This document shows, piece after piece, positions 9,909 to 18,086 of a stretch of 32,000 bases of DNA. The stretch comes from Candidatus Saccharimonas sp. (GTDB lineage: Bacteria > Patescibacteriota > Saccharimonadia > Saccharimonadales > Saccharimonadaceae): contig CP076101.2 of NCBI GenBank assembly GCA_015256915.3, forward strand, positions 605,740 to 637,739, written 5' to 3'. The notes beneath the pieces are model-generated. The model was not told the DNA's origin. It made no database searches and saw nothing but the letters and a program-made list of their open reading frames with translations. Positions within the stretch are counted from its first letter, which is position 1. Each line of letters opens with the position of its first letter. Position numbers and translations under genes: made by a program.

Positions 9909-10482
9909 CCGACCTTCCTTCTTGCTTTTGTTTTGAATTTTTATAAGTTGTTATTGCTGTCCATTTTCCAGTTTTAAATTCACTATCACTAATTTTTTTC
10001 GAAACTGCCTTACAATATTTATTATTTGGGCTCTCTAAAATTTCAGTTGAAAGTTCAATTTTAGTTCCATCAGAATGCGTTAGAGTATATGAACATTTAC
10101 CATTCCCATCATCATAAAGGAGCCCTGAAATCTGCCCGGCCACACGAACTGTACCATCTTCAACTTGCACGGTTGTATAAGTTGGAAAATTTGTATAACC
10201 CGAGGATTCAACAGTTCCTTCAGCACGATCAGTATTATTATTTTTAGTTTTCGAATTAATGATTTCCTTTGCAGCTTCTTGCTTTTTAGTTTCTTCAGGT
10301 TTTTTCGAATCTTCTTTTTTCTCTTCAACTTTTGAAGTATTTTCTTCTTTTTTCTCATTATTTTTTTGAGAATTTGAATTTACCCACCAGAAAATTCCAC
10401 CAGCACCAGCGACCAGCAAAATTACAAATGCAGCAAAAATAATAGTTTTAGTTTTTTTAGTATTTTGTGTGTTTATTTTCAT
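9880..10482 (-). CDS. membrane-anchored hypothetical protein (K/E-rich linker + beta-rich C-terminal domain with two Cys)
   Basis: 200-aa ORF with an N-terminal TM (IIFAAFVILLVAGAGGIFWWV). A GGAG SD lies 7 nt upstream of the ATG. It overlaps the LGFP gene by 29 nt. No family recognised. Confidence 0.6.
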   Translation of the reverse strand: MKINTQNTKKTKTIIFAAFVILLVAGAGGIFWWVNSNSQKNNEKKEENTSKVEEKKEDSKKPEETKKQEAAKEIINSKTKNNNTDRAEGTVESSGYTNFPTYTTVQVEDGTVRVAGQISGLLYDDGNGKCSYTLTHSDGTKIELSTEILESPNNKYCKAVSKKISDSEFKTGKWTAITTYKNSKQKQEGRSDAQSFTIEK

Positions 10483-10500
10483 TTTATTTCTCCTAAACCA

Positions 10501-10529
10501 ATTTTAGCATAAGCCAAATAAAATTTCAA
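10501..10529 (-). promoter_or_regulatory. sigma70-type promoter for the 9880..10482 / LGFP operon
   Basis: Minus strand reads TTGAAA-17 nt-TAAAAT (preceded by TGC). A short leader with a GGAG SD follows. Confidence 0.5.
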
Positions 10530-10558
10530 CATTTTGGTTATATTTTTTGGTGATTTTG

Positions 10559-10567
10559 TGCTATAAT
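10559..10567 (+). promoter_or_regulatory. extended -10 promoter (TGCTATAAT), near-leaderless, for gtrB-like gene
   Basis: TGCTATAAT lies inside the 5' extension of the tracked ORF. The ATG at 10577 is 9 nt downstream. Confidence 0.5.
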
Positions 10568-10576
10568 ATAATTACT

Positions 10577-11542
10577 ATGAAGAAACTCATTACAATCATG
10601 ATTCCAGCTTATAATGAAGAAAAAGCTCTACCAAAACTTTTCGAAAGGCTCAACCTTTTAGCAAAAAACACTTCAAAATATGATTTTGAATTTCTTTTTA
10701 TTAATGACGGTTCAAAAGATAAAACAATGGAAATTATTAGGAGTGAAAGCCAAAAAGATTCACGAATTTCCTACATTAATTTAAGCCGAAATTTTGGAAA
10801 AGAAAATGCAATGCTGGCAGGTTTTGATTATGCAAAAGGAGATGCATTAGTAATTATTGATGCAGATCTACAAGATCCACCAGAGTTAATTCCCGCAATG
10901 ATCAACCTTTGGGAAGAAGGTTTTGATGATGTTTATGCTAAACGTGAATCTCGTGAGGGTGAAACTTGGCTTAAAAAGCAAACTTCGAAATGGTTCTACA
11001 GTATACTTGATAAAATTTCACAAATTGAAATTCAACGCGACACTGGTGATTTTCGACTTCTCGACCGCCGTGCAGTCGAAGCCCTAAAAACTCTCCGCGA
11101 AACTAACCGTTATACCAAAGGAATGTTCTCTTGGGTTGGTTTTCGAAAGAAAGAGATTACTTATAAACGTGATGCGCGTGTAGCTGGCGAAACAAAATGG
11201 AATTATGCAAAACTTTTTAATCTCGCAATTGAAGGAATCACCAGCTTTACTGTTGCGCCACTTCGCATTGCTACAATTACAGGATTTTTCATCTCAATTG
11301 CTGCATTTTTATGGATTGCTTTTTTGCTAATTCGCCCACTTTTTGGCGTTCCAACTGGTGACGGTTATACTTCAATTATGTCAGTAATTCTTTTTCTTGG
11401 CGGGATTCAGCTCCTCTCAATTGGAATTTTAGGCGAATATATTGGTCGAATTTTCATCGAAAGCAAAAATCGCCCCGTTTATCTAGCGCAAGAAATCAAG
11501 GAATTCAACCATGAAAAATCTACTAAAAAAGCTAAAAAATAG
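10577..11542 (+). CDS. polyprenyl-phosphate glycosyltransferase (GtrB / ArnC / DPM1-like GT2)
   Basis: MKKLITIMIPAYNEE...FINDGSKD...VIIDADLQDPP...TGDFRLLDRR, plus two C-terminal TM helices, is the GtrB/ArnC architecture. I moved the start to ATG 10577 because 10547-10576 contains the -10 box. Confidence 0.85.
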   Translation: MKKLITIMIPAYNEEKALPKLFERLNLLAKNTSKYDFEFLFINDGSKDKTMEIIRSESQKDSRISYINLSRNFGKENAMLAGFDYAKGDALVIIDADLQDPPELIPAMINLWEEGFDDVYAKRESREGETWLKKQTSKWFYSILDKISQIEIQRDTGDFRLLDRRAVEALKTLRETNRYTKGMFSWVGFRKKEITYKRDARVAGETKWNYAKLFNLAIEGITSFTVAPLRIATITGFFISIAAFLWIAFLLIRPLFGVPTGDGYTSIMSVILFLGGIQLLSIGILGEYIGRIFIESKNRPVYLAQEIKEFNHEKSTKKAKK

Positions 11543-11942
11543 CCAAGAATTTTGGTTTGCAGCAATTGGCGGGTTGAATACAATTCTAGATTTTGTAATT
11601 CTTTTTGGACTAACTTCTCTTGGAATTAGCTCTTTAACTGCAAACATTTTCTCAACTGGGATTACTTTTATAAATAGCTTTAGTTTAAATAAGAAAATCA
11701 CTTTTAAATCAGTTTCAAAAAGCAAAAAAAAACTTGTTCGAGAAATGGCACTTTTTATTATTGTAACACTTTTTGGACTTTGGGTTATTCAAGGTGTGAT
11801 AATTTTTCTAACTTTACCATTTTTCGAAAGTATTTTAAAAAATCCAAAAATATCGCTTTTAATTTCAAAACTTATCGCTACTGTCTTCAGCTTAATCTGG
11901 AACTTTATCCTTTACAAAAAAGTTGTCTTCAATAAAGATTAA
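11511..11942 (+). CDS. GtrA-family small membrane protein (putative lipid-linked sugar flippase)
   Basis: 143 aa with 4 TM segments. The FWFAAIGGLNTILDFVILFGL start is typical of GtrA (PF04138). It overlaps the gtrB-like gene by 32 nt. Confidence 0.8.
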   Translation: MKNLLKKLKNSQEFWFAAIGGLNTILDFVILFGLTSLGISSLTANIFSTGITFINSFSLNKKITFKSVSKSKKKLVREMALFIIVTLFGLWVIQGVIIFLTLPFFESILKNPKISLLISKLIATVFSLIWNFILYKKVVFNKD

Positions 11943-12027
11943 ACATAATTATTTACTGAAGAAATTTATAATTGATTTGTAAGCCATTTTTAAACTAAAA
12001 ACAAAGTAAAATAAGCCTTCAAAAGAC

Positions 12028-12483
12028 TTATTTTTTCGAAATAATTAATTGTCGTTCGCGACCTTCACCTTCAGAATGTGTTTCGATATCTGAATAATCT
12101 TGAGCTAATTTATGGACAGTGAAGCGGTCAGTCGGATTTAAATTTAATCGGTAAGGCTCACCAGTTTTTCGAACTTGTTCAATCCATTTTTCAGCTTTTT
12201 CAGTAATTTTTTGAGCTCGTTGTTTTTTATAATCTGCAACATCAATATTTACACGGTGAATTTCAGCATTTTTAGCCTCAAGCGCTCGTGAAATTAAAAA
12301 TTGTAATGAACGTAAATTTCCAGAATCACGACCAATAAATAAAGAGTTTAGTTCGCTTGAAGGAACTGAAAGCTGAATAATTTCATCATCCGCAGTTGAA
12401 TGAACCGCCAGATTAACTCCAAAAAAGCTCAAAATATCTTCCAAAAACTTTTGTGCAAAAACAATTGATTCTTCTCGATTCAT
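12028..12483 (-). CDS. jag: Jag/KhpB-type KH + R3H RNA-binding protein
   Basis: It has a KH GxxG block (IGRDSGNLRSLQFL) and an R3H-type C-terminus (RLNLNPTDRFTVHKLAQDY). It sits in the conserved rnpA-yidC-jag order. The start is set at ATG 12483, with a GGAGG SD 4 nt upstream; the tracked ORF starts at 12501. Confidence 0.8.
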   Translation of the reverse strand: MNREESIVFAQKFLEDILSFFGVNLAVHSTADDEIIQLSVPSSELNSLFIGRDSGNLRSLQFLISRALEAKNAEIHRVNIDVADYKKQRAQKITEKAEKWIEQVRKTGEPYRLNLNPTDRFTVHKLAQDYSDIETHSEGEGRERQLIISKK

Positions 12484-12484
12484 A

Positions 12485-13447
12485 TTACCTCCGTTTTCCA
12501 TCTTTCGCTTTAATTCTTCGAATATTCGTTCCGCCTTTCTCTTTCGAATTTTTCTTTATCGTCTTAGATGGTGTATTTTTTACAATGATTGCTTCTTTAG
12601 TATTTTTAATCTTATTTTTTGGAGATTCCTGAGCAATTTTTTCCATCTCTTTTGAATCAATTGAGAAAATATATTTTTGCTGAATAATTTGAATAATATT
12701 CGAAATTAGGTAATAAAAAATCAAAGCACCATAAAGCCCCATCATAAGAAAGAACAAAATTACTGGGAGAATTAAATTCATATTAGAATTTACAGCAGCG
12801 TTAAGTTCTGCTTGATTTGGCTCTTTCCCTTCTGCTGCCTCCTTAAAAATATCACGAATCCGACGATTACCATTTTTTGGCTGAGTCTGCCGAACCATAT
12901 ACCACTGCGAAAGTGTTAGTCCAACTAAAATTATCATCATAAAACCGCTTGAAAGGTCATTTAAAGGCACAGCCGTATCTGTTAAGTCGATAACTCCAAG
13001 GAATTTTGGTTCAAGTTTTTTGCTTGAAATAACATCACTCACGCGACTCATTTGTGCAACTGGCTGATATACCCATTTCGAAATTTGATCAGGCGTATTC
13101 ACTACAATTCGCATCACACTAAAGAAAGTTAACAGGATTGGCAGCTGAATAAATAAAGCCAGCATTGAACGAAATGGCTTGAAATTATGACGGCGATAAA
13201 GTTCCATCATCTGTAAAGTTTCAGCTTGCTTATTACCTTTCGAATTTTTGCGAATTTTTTGCAATTCTGGCTGAAGCTCTCGCATAACTTTTGATTGATG
13301 AAGCTGACTCTTTGTAAGTGGCCACATCAAAAATCGCACAATTAAAGTGAAGATAATAATTGTGAAGCCAAAATCGCCAATAAAGTTATAAATCACCAAT
13401 AATAGGTTCAAAATTGGCTGAGTAATAAATAATTCAAATAAATTCAT
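12485..13447 (-). CDS. yidC: membrane protein insertase YidC/Oxa1 family
   Basis: The motifs are LLVIYNFIGDFGFTIIIFTLIVRFLMWPLTKSQ...MRELQPELQKI...ELYRRHNFKP. It has a basic C-terminal tail and lies next to rnpA. Confidence 0.9.
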   Translation of the reverse strand: MNLFELFITQPILNLLLVIYNFIGDFGFTIIIFTLIVRFLMWPLTKSQLHQSKVMRELQPELQKIRKNSKGNKQAETLQMMELYRRHNFKPFRSMLALFIQLPILLTFFSVMRIVVNTPDQISKWVYQPVAQMSRVSDVISSKKLEPKFLGVIDLTDTAVPLNDLSSGFMMIILVGLTLSQWYMVRQTQPKNGNRRIRDIFKEAAEGKEPNQAELNAAVNSNMNLILPVILFFLMMGLYGALIFYYLISNIIQIIQQKYIFSIDSKEMEKIAQESPKNKIKNTKEAIIVKNTPSKTIKKNSKEKGGTNIRRIKAKDGKRR

Positions 13448-13470
13448 ATCTATTATTATACTACTTTCTA

Positions 13471-13824
13471 CTACTTATTACAATAAAAATCAGCCTCTTT
13501 AAAGATATCAATTATAGCTTCTTTAAGTTCTTCATGCGGAATATCTTTTATGCTTTTATGAAAAATCATCACTACAACATCAAAAGTGCCATCAATTTTT
13601 GGTAGTTCATGGCGAATAATTTCATAAACTCGCCGGCGAATTCGATTTCGGCCAACCGCGCTCTTTAAAACCTTTTTCGAAACCACAACCGCAAAACGTG
13701 AATCTTTACGGCGTGGATTTTGTGCAAATTTCACGGTAATTTTTTGTGTACGAACTGAAGTTCCGTTTGAATAAACATAACGCAAGCTACCATGACCATG
13801 AAATCTATTTTTATAAGCTAACAT
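13471..13824 (-). CDS. rnpA: ribonuclease P protein component
   Basis: 117 aa and basic. The RFAVVVSKKVLKSAVGRNRIRRRVYE block is the RNR motif. It lies immediately upstream of yidC. Confidence 0.85.
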   Translation of the reverse strand: MLAYKNRFHGHGSLRYVYSNGTSVRTQKITVKFAQNPRRKDSRFAVVVSKKVLKSAVGRNRIRRRVYEIIRHELPKIDGTFDVVVMIFHKSIKDIPHEELKEAIIDIFKEADFYCNK

Positions 13825-13834
13825 AACTGTTTAT

Positions 13835-13863
13835 ATTTTAGCATTTTTTAAGTAATTTAGCAA
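13835..13863 (-). promoter_or_regulatory. sigma70-type promoter, near-leaderless, for rnpA-yidC-jag
   Basis: Minus strand reads TTGCTA-17 nt-TAAAAT (preceded by TGC). The ATG at 13824 is 10 nt downstream. Confidence 0.5.
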
Positions 13864-13866
13864 ATT

Positions 13867-13893
13867 AAAACGAGCTCACAGTAAGCCCGTTTT
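13867..13893 (-). terminator. hairpin after the DUF4352-like gene
   Basis: AAAACGAGCT pairs with AGCCCGTTTT (10-bp stem, one mismatch, 7-nt loop), 10 nt after the stop at 13903. The T-run is weak. Confidence 0.4.
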
Positions 13894-13902
13894 AAAAATT
13901 TA

Positions 13903-14527
13903 TTATAGATTAACAATAACTTTTTTATTAGACCAAAATGATGGTTGATAATGGAGTTTTAGTGAAGAACCAGCAGGGACTTCAAAAATTATCGAACCGC
14001 TCTTTTTACCACCTTTTACTAAATCACCAGAACCAAGACTATCTGGTAGGCTATAAGTTTGTCCATCAGCGCTTTCAGCGGCTCCGTTAGAATCTTCAGC
14101 CTTAAATTCAAAAAACATTATAGTTCATCTCTGTTTCAGATTTATTTTCAATCTTTACTGAAACTTTTACATATTCTTTGCCATCTTTTGGTTTTAAATA
14201 AGCATTTCCAGAATTCCAGTTTCGCTCAACCTTTTCAACGGTCAATTCTTTTCCATCGAACGCAATTATATCACCAACATTGAATTCAGTTTTTTCTTCT
14301 TTTTTAGACTCACCTTTTTGAGTTTGAGATGATCCGTTTGATCCAGAATTTTTATTTTCACCAACTTTTTCAGGCTGTTTATATTGGCTACCAATAGCAA
14401 TAATTACAACTATAACAATCCAAAACCAAGCTTTTTTATAGAATGGCTTCTCAGATTTAGTTTTCGAAGATATTCTATTTAGCTGCTTGCTATCATTAGA
14501 TTCTACAGTTGATTTTTCTTCTTTCAT
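13903..14527 (-). pseudogene. membrane-anchored DUF4352-like (Ig-like) protein, interrupted by a frameshift in a T6 run
   Basis: ORFs 14108..14527 and 13903..14118 together give one domain: ...VKVSVKIENKSETEMNYNVF | EFKAEDSNG...GGKKSGSIIFEVPAGSSLKLHYQPSFWSNKKVIVNL. Removing one T from the T6 run (plus-strand A6 at 14110-14115) fuses them in frame. Confidence 0.65.
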
Positions 14528-14565
14528 TATAACTCCCTTTATAAAATATTAATTATTACATAATC

Positions 14566-14596
14566 ATTTTACCCCCCCCCCGATATATTTTGTCAA
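14566..14596 (-). promoter_or_regulatory. sigma70-type promoter whose 19-nt spacer contains the G10 tract
   Basis: Minus strand reads TTGACA (14596-14591), then aaatatatc + G10, then TAAAAT (14571-14566). A GGGAG SD lies 5 nt before the ATG at 14527. Confidence 0.55.
14572..14581. repeat. C10 (G10 on the coding strand) homopolymer
   Basis: Counted directly: c at 14572-14581. It is by far the longest G/C run in the window. Confidence 0.95.
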
Positions 14597-14600
14597 GTAT

Positions 14601-14634
14601 AAAAATAAAAAAAGAGGCTTTCAAAAACCTCTTT
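14601..14634 (-). terminator. rho-independent terminator after lepA
   Basis: Minus strand reads AAGAGG-10 nt loop-CCTCTT followed by TTTTTTATTTTT, starting at the lepA stop codon. Confidence 0.6.
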
Positions 14635-15860
14635 TAATCTCGTTTTAGCATTACAGTAAAAGCTTCGCTCGGAATTTCAACATTTCCAAATTTCTTCATT
14701 CGCTTTTTACCACGTTTTTGTTTAGCAAGCAGTTTTTTCTTTCGAGAAACATCGCCACCGTAAAGATAACCAGTCACGTCTTTTCGATAAGCCGAAATAT
14801 TCTCGCGCGCGATAAACTTTCCGCCAATCGCCGCTTGAATCGCCACCTGGAAATTCTGTCGCGGAATAACTTCTTTCAATTTTGCAGTAATTTCACGACC
14901 CATTCGTACACTTTCCGAACGGTGACACATCACCGAAAGCGCATCAACCATTTCGCCCGCAACATAAAAATCCACACGCACCAAATCTTCTACCAAATAA
15001 TCCCAAAGTTCATAATTAAATGAACCATAACCAGATGTAACGCTTTTCAATTGATCATAAAAATCGGTCAAAAGGTTAGCGAGTGGTGCTTCGAAAGAGA
15101 CCAAAACACGCTCATCAATATAGCTTAAATTCTTTTGCAAACCGCGTTTCGAAACAATCAGCTGGATTACAGCACCAACATAATCTTTTGGTACCACAAT
15201 TTCACCTTTAATCCACGGCTCACGAATTTCAGAAATTTTTGTTTGATCAGGTAAATCAGCAGCACTTTTAATATCTAATTCTTCACCTGTTGTCAAAATA
15301 ACATGATAGTCGGTTGAAGGATTAGTTACCACCAAATCTAAGTCGTATTCACGTTCCAAACGCTCGCGAACAATATCCATATGAAGAAGACCAAGAAAGC
15401 CAATTCGCACGCCAAAACCTAAAACTGGTGAATTCTCTGGTTCGAATTGAAGTGCAGAATCACTTAAACTTAATTTTTCAACCGCATCTTTCAAATCTTG
15501 ATAATCTTCATTTGAAACCGGGAAAAACCCAGCATAAACGAACGGCTGAACGTTTTGATAACCAGGTAGAGGCTCACTAGCAGGATTTTTCGAAAGAGTT
15601 ACAGTATCACCAACTTTTGCCTCACGGGTAGTTTTTAAGTTAGTCACAATGTATCCAATCTCGCCCGCACTCATTTTATCGTATGGTGTCATTTTTGGCT
15701 GAAGCTTACCAATTTCTAGCGCCAAACCTTTTGAATCTGTCGCCATCATTTTAATTTCTTCACCTTTTTTTAGCTCACCCGAAAAAATACGCACGTATAA
15801 AATTACGCCACGGTAATCATCATAATAACTATCAAAAATTAAAGCTTTTAGTGGTTTCAT
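14634..15860 (-). CDS. lepA: elongation factor 4 (LepA), C-terminal fragment (domains II to C-terminal domain)
   Basis: It starts [19 protein letters not shown], which aligns to the PLKALIFDS block just after the G domain of LepA. The C-terminal GGDVSRKKKLLAKQKRGKKRMK is LepA-specific. Confidence 0.85.
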   Translation of the reverse strand: MKPLKALIFDSYYDDYRGVILYVRIFSGELKKGEEIKMMATDSKGLALEIGKLQPKMTPYDKMSAGEIGYIVTNLKTTREAKVGDTVTLSKNPASEPLPGYQNVQPFVYAGFFPVSNEDYQDLKDAVEKLSLSDSALQFEPENSPVLGFGVRIGFLGLLHMDIVRERLEREYDLDLVVTNPSTDYHVILTTGEELDIKSAADLPDQTKISEIREPWIKGEIVVPKDYVGAVIQLIVSKRGLQKNLSYIDERVLVSFEAPLANLLTDFYDQLKSVTSGYGSFNYELWDYLVEDLVRVDFYVAGEMVDALSVMCHRSESVRMGREITAKLKEVIPRQNFQVAIQAAIGGKFIARENISAYRKDVTGYLYGGDVSRKKKLLAKQKRGKKRMKKFGNVEIPSEAFTVMLKRD

Positions 15861-16411
15861 TAAATCTCCTTTGGTGCAGGAATTTTCTCAATCACCGCAT
15901 TTAAAACTTCTTCAACACCCATTCCTGTTTTGGCTGAAATATGTAAAATTTCACTTTCATCACAACCTAAAAGATTAATAACTTCTTTCGAAACTCGCGG
16001 AATATCTGCTGCGGGTAAATCAATTTTATTCAAAACTGGAATAATTTTTAAATCTGCCGCCATTGCAAGATAAACATTAGCCAAAGTTTGTGCTTGAATC
16101 CCTTGCGAAGCATCAACCACTAAAATTGCACCTTCACAAGCTTGAAGAGAACGCGAAACTTCATAGGAAAAGTCAACATGTCCAGGAGTGTCAATTAAAT
16201 TCAATTCTATCCCCTGCCAATTCATTGTTACAGGCGCAAGTTTAATTGTAATTCCTTTTTCGCGCTCCAAATCCATCGAGTCTAAAAGCTGCGACTTCAT
16301 ATCACGTTTTTGAACAGTACCGGTAATTTCCATCATTCGGTCAGCTAAGGTCGACTTACCGTGATCAATATGAGCAATAATACAAAAATTTCTAATCTTT
16401 TCTAAATTCAT
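15860..16411 (-). CDS. lepA: elongation factor 4 (LepA), N-terminal GTPase-domain fragment
   Basis: [20 protein letters not shown] (G1), DTPGHVDF (G3), NKID (G4) and SAK (G5) are present. It ends ...[10 protein letters not shown], exactly at the domain I/II boundary. Confidence 0.85.
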   Translation of the reverse strand: MNLEKIRNFCIIAHIDHGKSTLADRMMEITGTVQKRDMKSQLLDSMDLEREKGITIKLAPVTMNWQGIELNLIDTPGHVDFSYEVSRSLQACEGAILVVDASQGIQAQTLANVYLAMAADLKIIPVLNKIDLPAADIPRVSKEVINLLGCDESEILHISAKTGMGVEEVLNAVIEKIPAPKEI

Positions 16412-16422
16412 AAACTTTCTAT

Positions 16423-16451
16423 ATTTTAACAGATTTTTAAAGTTTAGGCAA
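16423..16451 (-). promoter_or_regulatory. sigma70-type promoter, near-leaderless, for lepA
   Basis: Minus strand reads TTGCCT-17 nt-TAAAAT (preceded by TGT). The ATG at 16411 is 11 nt downstream. Confidence 0.5.
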
Positions 16452-16452
16452 A

Positions 16453-18084
16453 TTATTTAATCTTAACTTGCACGAAAATCATCTTTTTAATTTGCGAAAT
16501 AATCGGCTCAGCTTCTTCAAGTTTTAATAATTTTGCGACCAAGACATAAGTTGTTGAACTAACTAATCCGATAAATATAAATTTTGGAAAAGTTGAGAAG
16601 AATCGTAAATCAGAGCCAAGCAAAGGCATTCTCGCCACCAATAAATAACAAATTAAACCAGCTGTAGCACTAGCAATCACCATTCGAAAAATCCCTAAAA
16701 GAAATTGTGCGTCAAAAAGCCCATCAATTCTTTTTCGCATCAAAAATAGTAAAATCACAATTTCAAGAACTGCGCCAATCGCCTGCGCCCAAGCTAATCC
16801 ATAAGCACCAAATTTAAAAATTAAGCTGAAAATTATCGCCAAAACAATATTCAAACCAATTGCAACCAACGAGATATAAAATGGTGTTTTTGTATCTTCC
16901 ATTGCGTAAAAACTCCTTGCTGCAATATGATAAATTGAACGTGCAAAAATCGAAAGAACAAGAACACCCAAAAGCCCAGCAATCAAATCATCACCACCGT
17001 TTTTAATAAAGCTAACGATATAGCCACGCAAAAAGAAGAACAAAACCGAAACTGGCAAAGCTAAGAAAATAATCATTCGAAGAGCCGATTGTAGATCTTT
17101 TCGAAAGAGATCTTTTCGGCCGATTGCTAATCTTTCAGTTAAATTCGGGAAAAAAGCGGTAGAAATCGCCACACCAATTAAGTTTACTGGCATCATTTGA
17201 AGAGTTAAACTTTGCGAATAAGCACGAACTGTTCCCGAACCCATTCGGCTTGCCATATTTGTTTCAACAATTGAATTTACGTAGTCTAAACCTTGATCCA
17301 TTGAGCGTGTTGGTAGCAGCTTCATTACCTGCTGAAATCCTCTATTTTTCCAGAAAATTCGAAATTGATATTTAAAATCAACACCAATTAAACCAGCTGC
17401 TGCAATCAAAAGTTGCAAAACCGATCCAAAAGCAACACCGATTGCTACACCCATAATTCCGCCTTCAAAAATTTGAATACCAAAAATATTAATTCCATTT
17501 GTGAAAAACACTGTTCCGATAATAATTCCAATGTTGTAAATTGCAGGCGCAAGAGCTGAAAAAGTAAATCTTCCAATTGCTTGCTGAACACTTGTCAAAA
17601 CTGTTGCAATCGCAAAAAGAAATGGATTAATTGCAATCACACGCATCATTGATATAGCTAAAGATCGCGAAGATTCACTTAAACCTGGGCCAACAATATA
17701 TTTAACTAAAGGCTCTGCGAAAATAATAATTAAAACAGATGTTACTAAAGTTAAAAGTGCTAACAAATTTAAAACACTCGAACTTAATTCCCAAGCAGAT
17801 TTTTTATTTCGATTTGCCATTCGCTGGTTAAAAACTGGAATAAACGTTACACTTAAAGCTCCCGAAACCAAAATGAAAAACATAAAATCAGGAATTGTAA
17901 AAGCTACCGTGTAAGCATCAATTCCGTCTGGGTAAGAATCTAAATAATACGAATTTAAAAGCCTGTCTCGCAAAAAGCCTAACAAGCTCGACAAAAGCGT
18001 CGAGCTCGCAAGAACGATTGCTGCAAATTTTACTGTTAATCTTGAGTTAGCTTTCGAAACAATTGATCTAACTTTTGATTTCAT
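16453..18084 (-). CDS. murJ: lipid II flippase MurJ (MviN family)
   Basis: 543 aa with about 14 TM segments. The N-terminal [16 protein letters not shown] and internal [10 protein letters not shown] blocks are typical of MurJ/MOP flippases. Confidence 0.85.
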   Translation of the reverse strand: MKSKVRSIVSKANSRLTVKFAAIVLASSTLLSSLLGFLRDRLLNSYYLDSYPDGIDAYTVAFTIPDFMFFILVSGALSVTFIPVFNQRMANRNKKSAWELSSSVLNLLALLTLVTSVLIIIFAEPLVKYIVGPGLSESSRSLAISMMRVIAINPFLFAIATVLTSVQQAIGRFTFSALAPAIYNIGIIIGTVFFTNGINIFGIQIFEGGIMGVAIGVAFGSVLQLLIAAAGLIGVDFKYQFRIFWKNRGFQQVMKLLPTRSMDQGLDYVNSIVETNMASRMGSGTVRAYSQSLTLQMMPVNLIGVAISTAFFPNLTERLAIGRKDLFRKDLQSALRMIIFLALPVSVLFFFLRGYIVSFIKNGGDDLIAGLLGVLVLSIFARSIYHIAARSFYAMEDTKTPFYISLVAIGLNIVLAIIFSLIFKFGAYGLAWAQAIGAVLEIVILLFLMRKRIDGLFDAQFLLGIFRMVIASATAGLICYLLVARMPLLGSDLRFFSTFPKFIFIGLVSSTTYVLVAKLLKLEEAEPIISQIKKMIFVQVKIK

Positions 18085-18086
18085 AA

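Noticed and set aside
10080-10358. 92-aa K-rich ORF in an alternative frame of the 9880..10482 gene
   Set aside because: It is on the same strand as the longer ORF but out of frame. Its lysine-rich product is what the AAG/AAA-rich linker region gives in another frame. It has no independent SD or promoter.
10547-10576. The 5' extension of the gtrB-like ORF (TTG start, MVILCYNIIT)
   Set aside because: The extension contains the TGCTATAAT promoter box. Conserved GT2 N-termini begin at MKKLITIMIPAYNEE, so ATG 10577 is preferred.
11970-12035. A hairpin (ATAAGCCTT-caaa-AAGACTTAT) as terminator of the gtrBA operon
   Set aside because: The stem has a mismatch, lies about 75 nt after the gtrA stop and overlaps the jag stop codon. 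It is too weak to list as a feature.
15857-15865. The lepA split as evidence for an alternative genetic code (UGA or UAA recoding, as in Gracilibacteria/SR1)
   Set aside because: The two halves are in different frames, so reading through the TAA would not join them. All other long genes are intact under the standard code, and TGA is used as a real stop (tilS at 20114, LTD protein at 29048).
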